Source of the DNA: Octopus sinensis
Taxonomy: Eukaryota
Length of the DNA: 64,000 nt
Assembly: GCF_006345805.1 (NCBI RefSeq)
Contig: NC_042998.1
Coordinates: 21,204,001-21,268,000 of the forward strand
Reading direction: 5' to 3'
Position numbers and translations under genes: made by a program. Under the pieces are notes generated by a model. The model did not search any database, was not told where the DNA came from, and was given only the letters and a program-made list of their open reading frames with translations. Numbering within the stretch: the stretch's first letter is position 1; every line of letters starts with the position of its first letter. This document shows, one piece after another, positions 10,490 to 23,660 of this stretch.

Positions 10490-10862
10490 GATAACTGGGA
10501 AGTGGACGCTCCTATATAGAAGAAGACATGCGTCCCCTGCCCAATTCAGGATCACAGCATATGGGTACACTGTAACATAATTTCTTTTCTTCAACAGGCC
10601 CTGCCCTGTTAAAAATTGTCCCGAAAGAGATCAAAGAGGAAAAGGATCCCATCAACTTTAAACGGAGTCTGGACAGATTTCTTCAAGGAATACCGGATAA
10701 GCCACCTATACCTGGATCTAACTCACTCAACAAGAACTCACTACTTGAATGGACCATAAACAAAACTTGACTTAAACAGGATTTAGATAATCCTATCAAG
10801 TGGTGCTATTAAGTTAGACATGGCTTGGACCAATCTTTGGTCGAAACATATCAAAGTTTATC
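10490..10862 (+). mobile_element. CR1-type LINE 3' end (same subfamily as 62905-64000)
   Basis: NFKRSLDRFLQGIPDKP..NKNSLLEW and tail gtggtgctattaagttagacatggcttggaccaatctttggtcgaaac. Confidence 0.75.
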
Positions 10863-11605
10863 GTTCCCAGAAAAATATTTTACCTATAAAATTTATAATA
10901 CTCGTTAATAAATGGTAATAAAACAACCGTAGAATGTAAAGAATATTTTATGTAAAGTAAAAAAAAAATGTCAACATCTTTTATAATAAAATATTAGTAT
11001 TATCGTTTCCTGAATCACTCACCCTCGCATTATACTCGCGTACACCATCACTTGTGTTGACGCGATCACCGATTCACAAGCATTCGTAACCAGACGGACT
11101 GGTAAATTTCTTTTTAAAAAGCAAGTCTAGAGTGGTTTGCTTAGAAGAAGCATTTTTTTGGTCTCTATAAATTTCTCAGTAACACTCAGGTGCATTTGTT
11201 ATGATAATTGAAACTTTTGCACTTCGTTCAAAATTTGGATCTTGTGCTTGAAAAATTTCAGCTCACCATACAAAAGTGAGCTGAAAAATAAAACTCGTAG
11301 AGCCGGGGTTTAGTTGAGCGGGTACTAGTAAAGTGATGTATTACTGTATATATGCACACGTATCAAAATCAACTGACTTGTGTCTCCTGAAATAAGTCAA
11401 CGCTGATTTTCAGAAGCTCTTTGAGGGGCTGTCATAAAACCATACATTTTGTTTGGCTTTCAAATAATTGCTGTCATTACTTGATCCTATGTAAGCTGCG
11501 CTTATCATTATTTCAAGCCGATATGAATACTATCACAATTGCAGAGGTCCCAATGAATAGACGATCCTTTTTCAGGCGTTGACTAATTCGAACTTTATAA
11601 CATGA

Positions 11606-12004
11606 CTAGCAGTATCGCCCGGCGTTGCTCGGGTTTGTAAGGGAAATAAATATATAAGCATTTTTAGAGAGTTATAGCAAAAAAATAGCAAAAAAATGCA
11701 TTAAAAATGGAAAAAAAATGATGGTAAATTTTTTTTTAAATCGTTGATTCCTCGTACACATTTTTAGAGAGTTACTTCCTTTATATAATAGCGAAAAAAT
11801 GCATTAAAATTGAAAAAAATGATGGTAAATATATTTTTTAAATCGTAGAATCATCGTAGACGCGCGCTAATACCCAGAAGGGCTCAATATGAATCACGAC
11901 TATAAGATACCCGGTTTTGGTTAAACTGCACCGCAAAATGTGGGAGTAGTTAGGAATCTAAATCGTAGGAGACAGACACACAACTTCACTTTTATATATA
12001 AAGA
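11606..12004 (-). mobile_element. Non-autonomous Helitron (interior type B)
   Basis: 5' TC, 3' hairpin CCCGAGCAACGCCGGG then CTAG, inserted between A and T. Confidence 0.8.
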
Positions 12005-12267
12005 TATGACTTTTAGTTTTAACACGGTACGATGTAGTTTCATGAAAATGTGCATGAAATTTACTCAAAGGGTGAGCAAAACTAGACTGTTGCAAAACTA
12101 TTGGAATCTGAAAATCAACTGCATAAATCTCTTTATTCGATTTAGCTCATGAGAAATGTAATGCTCATTTCTTCCATGCCGTATTAGAGAAAACAAGAGA
12201 CGGCAGTTTGGATAGTTTATTGGACTACAATGGTTCTAATTTCCAGAAGTAGTTACTTTCATTCATC

Positions 12268-12425
12268 AGGAGTGGCTGTGTGGTAAGTAGCTTGCTTACC
12301 AACCACATGGTTCCAGGTTCAGTCCCACTTCGTTGCATCTTGGGCAAGTGTCTTCTGCTATAGCCCCGGGCCGACCAATGCCTTGTGAGTGGTTGGTAGA
12401 CGGAGGAACTGAAAGAAGCGTCGTA
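12268..12425 (+). mobile_element. S1 SINE 5' half
   Basis: caggagtggctgtgtggtaagtagcttgc..gaaagaagcgtcgt. Confidence 0.8.
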
Positions 12426-12543
12426 TTATATGATATATATATTATATATATATATATGTAGGTCCCGGGTTGATTCGGGGTTAACCACAGTAAATAAGGT
12501 ACTCAATACATAGCAGAGTAAAATTAATTTATTATATAGAAGG

Positions 12544-12594
12544 AGCTTCTACAGGACTAGAACTGTTTCATTCAAGAGAAATCTTCAGGAAGCT
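12544..12594 (-). ncRNA. Type I hammerhead ribozyme motif with complete stem III
   Basis: AGCTTC-CTGAAGA-tTTCtcttGAAt-GAA-ACAGttctagtcCTGT-A-GAAGCT. Confidence 0.72.
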
Positions 12595-12869
12595 AGTTAA
12601 CAAGAATTGTATTGGCATTTTACATTTAGGCAGGTTTAACGGGGTGTTGGTGGGGGACTTTTTTGGGGGTAGGCAGAAGCAAAAATATCATACTTGGGGG
12701 AGTGGTCAAGGGAGGGTCAGTGTTAAATTAGATAGAAGAATAAATAAAAAATAAAAAATAAAAATAAAAAAAAATAAAATAAAAAAACCTATATATAAAA
12801 AAAACAAAAAAACCTTATATATAAAAAAAAAAGGGGGGATAGAGTTTTAGGTAAATAAGGAGATTCTCA

Positions 12870-14147
12870 CTTATACCTATGCACACATGTATACATACAT
12901 ACACACACTACAAACATATATACATATACATACACACATACATTACAACACTATATATACATATATATACACTTACACATACACATGCATATACATATCT
13001 ACACATACACATATATGTATACACACACACACTCACATGCATACACGTATACACACATGTATATATACACACACGACCTCACATACATATACGCACAGAA
13101 AAAATAATATACACATACACACACATACTCACATACACGCATACACCCACATATCCACACACACACATGCACACACAGGCGCACTAGTCCCTATATACAC
13201 ATATATACACATAACACACACATATACACACACATACATACATATACATATAGGTAGATACATATACAATGTGTACCTATGCAAACCTACACATACACAC
13301 ATATTATAACATACTAAACAGACCCATACCCTAATTTTAATTTTATTATCTTCTGGTTTATTACTTTGTTATCTTTGGCCGCTTGGTCACAAACATCTTG
13401 GCTATGACAGCCAGTCCATTTATCTGTCTACTGGAAAACAAGCACTCATTCACTCACGCACACTCTTTAGCACGTACTCTCACTCATTCGTACACTCATA
13501 CACATACACGCACGCACGCGTTATATTCATACATACATCCATCTACATACATTCACGTAGATACACATACATACGCGTACCTACAGATTTATGTCTACAC
13601 TCTTAGAAGGCTAGTCTATATATATACACCAATAAATATAAATACACACACATACATATACACCTACATACAAAAAATACATTATATATATATATACTAT
13701 ATATATATATATATATACATTATATATATATATATACATATATAATTCTCACATATATATACTACACAAATATACACACACATAAGCATACACACACATA
13801 TACATATATATACACTACACGCACATACACATGTACATGCGTACCCATACACACACCACACACACGCGCGCATCCATATATACAAATAAGTACACACATG
13901 CGTAAAAGTATACATATATCTATGCTTACACATACACCACACACACACACGCGCCTCCTTATATTCATACTTACATGCATACTCAAAAATAAGTAAATAG
14001 TAAAATATATATACGCGCAGTTATTCGTACATGCATACTCAAAAATAAATAATAAATATTAAGTATATGGTACGTGCAGTTACCTATTATATAGACGGAT
14101 ACATACATATAAACTTACACACATATATAATTATATATATATATATC

Positions 14148-14179
<32 letters not shown>

Positions 14180-14432
14180 TACATATATATACACATACAC
14201 ATACACATACACATATACATACATATACATCTACATATATACACACACACACATACACATACATAAATACATATATATACATACTTACACACATGTACAT
14301 ATAAATACACACATAGATAACTCTACGTACCTACATGTGCATAAACACACGAGCGTACGCGCATATGTACATATACACATACACATACACACGCATATAT
14401 ATACATACATACTTACACATACACACATGTAT

Positions 14433-14467
<35 letters not shown>

Positions 14468-14481
14468 ATATACATACACAT

Positions 14482-14529
<48 letters not shown>

Positions 14530-15150
14530 TTACACATATATATACATATATATATACACACACATACATACACATATATATACACACACACACACATACA
14601 TACACACATACATACACATATACATACATATACACACACATATACACATATACATATACATATACACATACACACACATATATACATGTGTGCAAACATA
14701 AAATTCTCATACAAGCAGACACACTTACATTTACATATATACACACACTTACACACATATATACATACACATATACATACATACATACATACATACGTAT
14801 ATGCATACAACAAACACACACATACATATATATATATATACACATACATACACATACCCATACAGATATATACACACACATACATATACACATGCACATA
14901 CTTATATCTCTACATACTCGCATATACATATATATATATATATAAATATATATATATATATTCTCTACATATACACACACATACATATACCCATATACAT
15001 GTATATATACAACACACACACATATATAACATTCTCCCATTTGTATCTACACTCACATACCTGCACATACACATAACTCTACATACCTACATATACATCG
15101 ACATACTCGCGTACACTCATATATATACACATATATACATATACACACAC

Positions 15151-15181
<31 letters not shown>

Positions 15182-15246
15182 CATATATAGCATATATATA
15201 TATATACTATATATATATATATACACACACACCATACATATATATA

Positions 15247-15277
<31 letters not shown>

Positions 15278-15365
15278 ATATATACATACATACATACACA
15301 CACATATACATACAAGTCCATATACACATACACCCACATATATAAAACAACACATATACATATAT
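12870..15365. repeat. Degenerate (CA)/(TA) simple-repeat array
   Basis: About 2.5 kb of mixed ACAT/AT/AC units; source of the His/Thr/Tyr/Ile ORFs. Confidence 0.95.
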
Positions 15366-15689
15366 CAACAATTGAGGGTAAAGTTAATTAGTTATTAATC
15401 AATTTCACCAAGTATTCAGTATGTAAAAGGACCATTATTTTTATGAGTAAACAATGTCTGAGGGAAAATATTCTCTAAGTAGTGGAAGAGGCTAAAAAAC
15501 TTTTTTGGCTGCTATTCTAGAAAGTTCAGCATGCGGCAAAGCAATCCAATTCACTAAGCCCTAATTTATATAATATTTTATACATACATACACATACATA
15601 CACACATTACATATACACATACATATGCATACACACATGATACACATATACAAGCGTGCACATACAATATGTGAGAGGTCTTAGGAGAA

Positions 15690-17395
15690 AAGGTTAATCG
15701 GGGGTGTGCTAGGGGAACGGTGGGTTTGGGGGGGGGGGGGGGGTTGGGGTGGGTGTCATAATCTGGTTTGCGGGTAGGTCTATAGTTCTTGTAGTTCGCA
15801 TACTTCTATGCATACAATTTGGGGAGTGTTCTGAGATTTTGTTAAGGAGAGGGCCTTTGGCGAACAAGATCTCTAGGCTCTCCGATATGCAGAGGTCACA
15901 GCAGGTATGGCCTCCTGTGTACGAGCGCGCCTTCTGTAGTAGTTTCCACTTGGTCTTGAAGGGGATGGAGTTCCTTTTAAGGTACCAGATGTGGGCGGCG
16001 AGGGTAGTTTGGTTGGATTTATCCTGTCGCCGGAACGAGTGTGTGTGTGCGTACCAACGGGTCTTAAAGCTGTTTGACGTCATTCCTATGTAGGATTTTC
16101 TTTTATCGTCAGGGCCTGATCTTACCTCGCTGTATATACTAGGTCCCTCTGTAGGCAGTTGTTGTGAGGGGGAAGGTGGGTTTATCAGGGCAGTTGCAAT
16201 TGCTATCGGACGTTGGATGGGCCTCGGAAAAAGTAGATATGTTAAGTTTTTTCACATTGTTGTTGGCTAGGTTCCTGGCTAGATTGGGCGTGGTAGAGTA
16301 GGAGGAGTCTAATAGTGTTCTTATTTAGGATAGTGTAGTACTTATGTTGGGTGGGGAAAGTTGTTCTGTAGGAGAGTGAAGAGATTTTTGCTACAGGTGT
16401 AGCGACCTCACGGTTGAAGGGGGGTTGTACCAGCTAATGTGTCTTCGTCTATTTTTCCTGGGTTGGCGTGGGCTATACTAGTATAGGTAATCTTATCTTT
16501 GAAGCCACTGCGGGCCAGGGCCTCGTTGTAATAGGGGGCTGCGGCCTTAAAAATATCTTCCGTGGCGGACAGGCTAGAGATTCTAATTGAGACACTTTTT
16601 ACTAGGTTATCTAAATATTTTTTGGGGTGGTTGGAATTAATTATATCTAATATTTAAGGGATTCATTCGGTTTGTGGTACGGGTAATAAAGTGAGGTTTT
16701 TAAGTCGAGGGTGACATCAAGGAAGTTAGCTTTAGTTAAGTTGGATTCTAAGGTAACCTAAGACCTAAGTTTTTAAAGAAGGTGTAAAGATTCTTCCGGA
16801 ACCCATCCGTGGTCCTGGGGTTTATTTTGTGGAGGGCGAAAAGGCCGTCATCTCGGTAAAGACCACCGGAGAGGGCCTGTGAATAGGGTTTTCAGCCTAT
16901 GGAGGATGAAAAGGCCCACTAGGTCACTTATTCAGCAGAGTCGTTAGCGCCCATGCTGACGTCGAAGGGGGTCACAGATTTTTGTTGATCCAGTGGGATC
17001 CGTCATAGAAAGAAAAGTCTTACGTGCGTGGAGGATCACATCTTGCTCGGTCTCGGTGATGGTGGAAGACCTCCTGGCGAAGTTAATCGCGTCGATCAGC
17101 AAGCTCTCCGATATGGAGGCGTAGTAATCCTCGATATCCAGTTGTAGGAATCGGTGTGTTGCTTTTATCAGGTAAATCCCGGAACCAGGTTATTGCCTCG
17201 GAGGTCCTATTCCAGAGTGGAAGGGGTGAAGCTTCACGCATTTTTGGTAAAATCCTGTCCAGGATCTTCTTGCTGACGGATCCGATGTCAGACTTGGTTG
17301 GGTTAATCAAACGGACCGACGGTTTATTTTCGAAATGGTCTTTGTGGTCTTTCAGGGTGAAGTGTGGGGACTTCACCCTCAGGGGTTCGGTTCGG
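15690..17395 (-). mobile_element. 5'-truncated, degenerate Penelope-like element (RT + GIY-YIG)
   Basis: PSVRLINPTKSDIG, FDVSMGANDSAE, GLYRDDGLFAL (RT) and FKTRWYAH..CDLCISE..LLNK (endonuclease C-terminus), with frameshifts and stops. Confidence 0.85.
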
Positions 17396-17435
17396 TCATA
17401 TATATATTATATATATATATATATATATAATATAT

Positions 17436-18383
17436 ATATGTATGTGTGTGTATATGTTTGTGTGTCTGTGTTTGTCCCCATAGCATTGCTTGACAACCGA
17501 TGCTGGTGTGTTTACGTCCCCGTCACTTAGCGGTTCGGCAAAAGAGACCGATAGAATAAGTACTGGGTTTTCAAAGAATAAGCCCGGGGTCGATTTGCTC
17601 GACTAAAAGGCGGTGCTCCAGCATGGCCGCAGTCAAATGACTGAAACAAGTAAAAGAGTAAAGCGAGTAAGAGTATATAACAAAATGATAAAGAGTTATA
17701 GCAGCCGGATATATATAACTCTTATTTACATGTAAGCAATGCATGAACTCATGTATGTTACAAAGTATTTGATAAAGAACAATATCAACTTCAAACAGGT
17801 ATCCGTCTCACATTAGGAACTTGACTTATGACGTCACTGATATAAATTATTGTTTACACTGTCCAAAGTCTACAACCAGTGGAATAGTTATATTTTCACG
17901 CACAAGTCAAGTAGTATCACTAATTTTGTCAGCTTATACCATTTCATTCTTCTATAGCTAAATCCACTTCACGCAGCAGCTTCTCTTCACAAATATGGAT
18001 TTCAGTAAGTATATATTATTGACTTTTATATAATTCTTCATTATATATTCTCAACCATACTTTAAATGGCTCTATAACACTTTTTGTAAAAATACATTAA
18101 TAATTCACTAGTCCTCTCTGTCAGTTCACAGAAGTTAAAGAATATTGTAATATACCTTCAGTTAATTAGATTCAAATTAGATCAAATAAATTTATAGCTG
18201 AAATATTTCTAAACTGTGTGTGTGTGTGTGTGTGCCAAATATACACGTTTTATTTATTATTTTGCACATTACTTAATCATCGGTATATTATTGTTATTTT
18301 ATATTTAATATTTCTATTATATGTAATTTTCTAGATGGTGTAATTTAATTGTTCATTTTGAATTGATAAAAGGTGTTTTTTTT

Positions 18384-18430
<47 letters not shown>

Positions 18431-19189
18431 ATATGTTTGTGTGTCTGTGTTTGTCCCCATAGCATTGCTTGACAACCGATGCTGGTGTGTTTACGTCCCC
18501 GTCACTTAGCGGTTCGGCAAAAGAGACCGATAGAATAAGTACTGGGTTTTCAAAGAATAAGTCCCGGGGTCGATTTGCTCGACTAAAAGGCGGTGCTCCA
18601 GCATGGCCGCAGTCAAATGACTGAAACAAGTAAAAGAGTAAAGCGAGTAAGAGTATATAACAAAATGATAAAGAGTTATAGCAGCCGGATATATATAACT
18701 CTTATTTACATGTAAGCAATGCATGAACTCATGTATGTTACAAAGTATTTGATAAAGAACAATATCAACTTCAAACAGGTATCCGTCTCACATTAGGAAC
18801 TTGACTTATGACGTCACTGATATAAATTATTGTTTACACTGTCCAAAGTCTACAACCAGTGGAATAGTTATATTTTCACGCACAAGTCAAGTAGTATCAC
18901 TAATTTTGTCAGCTTATACATTTCATTCTTCTATAGCTAAATCCACTTCACGCAGCAGCTTCTCTTCACAAATATGGATTTCAGTAAGTATATATTATTG
19001 ACTTTTATATAATTCTTCATTATATATTCTCAACCATACTTTAAATGGCTCTATAACACTTTTTGTAAAAATACATTAATAATTCACTAGTCCTCTCTGT
19101 CAGTTCACAGAAGTTAAAGAATATTGTAATATACCTTCAGTTAATTAGATTCAAATTAGATCAAATAAATTTATAGCTGAAATATTTCT

Positions 19190-19224
<35 letters not shown>

Positions 19225-19385
19225 CAAATATACACGTTTTATTTATTATTTTGCACATTACTTAATCATCGGTATATTATTGTTATTTTATATTTAATAT
19301 TTCTATTATATGTAATTTTCTAGATGGTGTAATTTAATTGTTCATTTTGAATTGATAAAAGGTGTTTTTTTTTCTTATATATATA
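17436..19385 (+). repeat. Tandem duplication of a ~980-bp unit (S1 SINE 3' half + non-SINE flank)
   Basis: 17436-18390 and 18416-19385 are nearly identical; third copy at ~53700-54580. Confidence 0.9.
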
Positions 19386-20004
19386 TATATAAATACAATT
19401 CATAAATGAATTGTTTATAATTTTAACCTTTAAAGGTATTTTTTAATATGCTGGCCAGTGATAAAATTTTTTGGGAAAAGAATTTTTTTCGAAAAAATTT
19501 TATCCTACATTAGATATAAATTTAAGCGTTCACTTCCGGAGTCTTTCACTCTGTGAGAGCATCAGTTCAAATCGCACGTGTCTCGAATGGGCTAGAGTAT
19601 TTCTATTTTGGATGTATTTGGGGTTCTTAATTGTGCTCATGACTTAGTGTTTGCTTCTTCCATGGGTATGAGTAAGTATCTCATTTATTTCTTTTGCCCT
19701 ATTTATGAATTGTTTATAATTTTAACCTTTAAAGGTATTTTTTAATATGCTGGATCTAGTCTTCCTCATTCGCAACATGAGCCCCTTGGGTAATTTTTGC
19801 CAATCAACAGACAGTGTAGCATTAGCAGCATGTTACCATGACAACCACACGCTGCGTTGTAGTTCACTGTTGTCTGTGCCACCGTTCTCTATGTTAATTC
19901 TTCACACCAAAAGATTCTTATTTACTTGGTTCTTCAGTTTTGAATTAAAAAATTCTTCCTTAAAATTGCTGGCTTTATTCTAAAATTTGAAACAAACAAT
20001 TACT

Positions 20005-20408
20005 CTTTTACTTGTTTCAGTCATTTGACTGCGGCCATGCTGTAGCATCGCCTTTAGTCGAGAAAATCGACCCTGGGACTTATTCTTTGTAAGCCCAGTA
20101 CTTATTCTATCGATCTCTTTTGCCGAACCGCTAGGAGACGGGGACGTAAATACACCAGCATCGGTTGTCAAGCAATGCTAGAGGGACAAACACAGACACA
20201 CAAACATATACATACACATACATACATATATATACATATATACGACAGGCTTCTTTCAGTTTCCGTCTACCAAATCCACTCACAAGGCATTGGTCGGCCC
20301 GGGGCTATAGCAGAAGACACTTGCCCAAGATGCTACGCAGTGGGACTGAACCCAGAACCATGTGGTTGGTAGGCAAGCTACTTACCACACAGCCACTCCT
20401 GCGCCTAT
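20005..20408 (-). mobile_element. S1 SINE, full length
   Basis: Head and tail both match 941-1351. Confidence 0.9.
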
Positions 20409-20895
20409 AATTGTATTGTTATATATATTAATTACTAGGGTGACACACGACTTGACTGATTATCCACGCCGGCTATATCGAGCATAAACTTACGCGAAGT
20501 ATAGGTGGGTGCGTGCATGTGTGCTGTTTTATATAATTTCGGGGTACATTAGTATATTTCTACATTTGGTAAGTTTTGTGGTACAATGGTAGCACTTATA
20601 ACTGTATTGTTACATTTATTAAATACCAAGGTTGCTCTTGATTTGGCTGGTTAACCACGCCAGGTATATCGAACACAGACTTACATAAAGGACAGTTGCG
20701 TGTGTGTGTGTCTGTATGAAGACATGACTGAGATGGAATTGTGTGACAATCATGCATTTCTTAAATGAGGAAGAACAAACTCTCCATTGCGATTCTTCAA
20801 CGTTTCTTTTAAATTCTTTAACTGTCACGACAACGAAGCTTCTAAGGAAGAAAACTTCCACAAAACCCAACGTCCAATGTAATAAATAAAAATAA

Positions 20896-21144
20896 ATGGG
20901 CCCTTTTAAAGCCTAACCAGGCTCATGGGCCCGGTTTCCTGGTTTCTATGGCGTATGTGCTTCCCAGCTGGACGGGACGCCAGTCCATCGCAGCGTTACT
21001 CATTTTTGCCAGCTGAGTGGACTTGAGCAACGTGAAATGAAGTGTTTTGCTGAAGAACACAACGCGTCGCCCGGTCCAGGAATCGAAATCACAATCTTAC
21101 GATCATGATGCTGACACACTAATCACTAAGCCACGCGCCTCCAC
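20896..21144 (-). mobile_element. tRNA-derived SINE, family S3, with V-domain-like core (paralogue at 59475-59722)
   Basis: tRNA-like head ggaggcgcgtggcttagtg..ttcgattcc and core gcgatggactggcgtcccgtccag. Confidence 0.7.
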
Positions 21145-21249
21145 AACGTCTAATGTGGTGTATATATAAACAATATATATGTCTATATCTATATCCATCT
21201 ATATATATTGTTCATGGTACAAAATATTTATAAGTTTTTTCTTTTCTTT

Positions 21250-21493
21250 TTTTATATATTTGTTTCAGTCATTTGACTGCGGCCATGCTGGAGCACCGCC
21301 TTTAGTCGAACAGATCGACTCCAGTTCTTATTCTTTGTAAGCCTAGCACTTATTCTATCGGTCTCTTTTGCCGAACCGCTAAGTTACGGGGACGTGAGCA
21401 CACCAACATCGGTTGTCTAGCGATGATGAGGGGGACAAACACAGACACACAAACAGACACACAGACACACACTCTCACACACACACACGCACG

Positions 21494-21533
<40 letters not shown>

Positions 21534-22056
21534 CGACAGGCTTCTTTCAGTTTCCGTCTACCAAATCCACTCACAAAGCTTTAGTGAGCCCGAGGCCATA
21601 GTAGAATACACTTGCCCAAGGTGCCACGCAGTGGGATTGAACCCGCAGTCACTCCTGCGCCTAAGTTGTTGAAATATAGTTTTTTTTTTGTCGTGAAAAT
21701 CAAACAAACCCAAGAGAGACCACCCTTCTCCACATTTTTCCGTCTTCAATCCAAAACAATTTTCCCACCCACCGAGAAATTAAGTTTGAAAACAAATGTG
21801 TGTGTGTGTGTGTGTGTATTTCTTCCAACATAATATTGACATTTTCATCATTTGAGTTACTCCTTTACTCCTTTACTTGTTTCAGTCATTTGACTGTGGC
21901 CATGCTGGAGCACCCCCTTTAGTCGAGACAAATCGACTCCAGGACTTATTCTTTGTAAGCCTAGTACTTATTCTATCGGTCTCTTTTGCCGAACCGCTAA
22001 GTTACGGTGACCTAAACACACCAGCATCGGGGGGACAAAGACACACACACACAAAG

Positions 22057-22116
<60 letters not shown>

Positions 22117-22250
22117 CAAATCCACTCACAGGGCTTTGGTCGGCCCAAGGCTATAGTAGAAGATACTTACCCAAGGTACCACGCAGTGGGACTGAACCTG
22201 GAACCATGTGGTTCGTAAACAAGCTACTTACCACAGCCACTCCTACGCCT
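21250..22250 (-). mobile_element. Two S1 SINE copies (21250-21665, 21865-22250)
   Basis: Both show the S1 tail and head with internal deletions; paralogues at 59835-60055 and 60300-60670. Confidence 0.85.
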
Positions 22251-22519
22251 ATATTTCTTATTACCTTCATTTTTTAAAAGTATTTTTATAGCAAATTAAG
22301 GTAATTAGTGTAAATATAATCAGTAATTGAGCATTAATAATCAAAGGTGCGTTGCTAATTAAGATCATTTCACAAAAATATATAAGATACAGGTATTCTT
22401 TTTCTTCGGACAAATTCTTTGTTGACCAGTATTTTTCTTATCGTAGTTTACAAATCCGAGCATGAAAACTTTACTTTGAAGTTTTTGAGACAGACGCCGC
22501 CCCCTTTTCACACACACAC

Positions 22520-22952
22520 ACACACACATATATATTTTATCATTTTATTGCCCACAAGGGGCTAAACACAGAGAGGACAAACAAGGACAGACAAACTGAT
22601 TAAGTCGATTATATCGATCCCAGTACGTAACTGGTACTTAATTTATCGACCCTGAAAGGATGAAAGGCAAAGTCGACCTCGGCGGAATTTGAAATCACAA
22701 TGTAACGGCAGACGAATACCTATTTCTTTACTACCCACAAGGGGCTAAACACAGAGAGGACAAACAAGGACAGACAAACGGATGAAGTCGATTATATCGA
22801 TCCCAGTACGTAACTGGTACTTAATTTATCGACCCCGAAAGGATGAAAGGCAAAGTCGAGCTCGGCGGAATTTGAACTCAGAACGTAACGGTAGTCGAAA
22901 CACCGCTAAGCATTTTGCCCGGCGTGCTAACGTTTCTGCCAGCTGGCCGCCT
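22520..22952 (-). mobile_element. tRNA-derived SINE, family S2, with internal duplication (paralogue at 60915-61330)
   Basis: aggcggcNagctggcagaaacgttagcacgccgggc..ttcaaattccgccgaggtcgactttgcc..cccttgtggg. Confidence 0.85.
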
Positions 22953-23434
22953 TAACATGCACTTATATGTTAACGATGTGCACAAGTGTACATGATAGGT
23001 AATCATAATACTGAAATATGCATAAAGTAAACACATGCAAATATATTATTACAAATTAAAAAATTATAAAACCATACAGTCAAGGAAGAGGCAAACGAAA
23101 CAGTGAGATGATACATGTTGATTTTATTAGGTATTTCTGTTTGTTTAGAAACCTACAAGGAACAGGTCAGATGCTACAATCTTAAATTTGACATTGCTCC
23201 GCTAAGCGCAGAAAATTTCTGTCTCGTTATTGGCTAAAAATATACAGTTTTTTCGATTTTTAAACCTCTGTAACTTTTTTCTCTAATGTTTTTCTCCACA
23301 ACATCATTCCTTCAAAGCAATGAGACTGGAAGCTTAAAATTTTATTTTTTGGTTCATTAGCACCAGAAATGTCAATTAGTTGGTGAACATTTTGGCCAGA
23401 GGACATGTTGATATATTTTCACTGATATATTTTA

Positions 23435-23660
23435 AGGCGGCGAGCTGGCAGAATCGTTAGCACGCCAGACGGAACGCTTTGCGGTATTACGTCTGTCTTC
23501 ATATTCTGAGTTCAAATTCCGTCAAGGTCGACTTTGCCTTTCATCCTTTCGGGGTCGATTAAATAAGTACCATTTACGCACTGGGGGTCGATTTAATCGA
23601 CTTAATTCGTTTGTCTGTCCTCTCTGTGTTTAACCCCTTGTGGGTAGTAAAGAAATAGAT
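23435..23660 (+). mobile_element. S2 SINE
   Basis: aaggcggcgagctggcagaatcg..ccccttgtgggtagtaaagaaata. Confidence 0.85.

Noticed and set aside
12879-15345. Long His/Thr/Tyr/Ile or Val/Cys/Tyr ORFs (also 1.1-1.6, 35.8-36.6 and 55-58.6 kb)
   Set aside because: Translations of (TA)/(CA) microsatellites; no coding complexity or splice context.
19530-19572. Hammerhead-like CTGATGC..GAAA motif on the minus strand (also ~57930-57968)
   Set aside because: A9 is C in both copies and no stem I can be formed.
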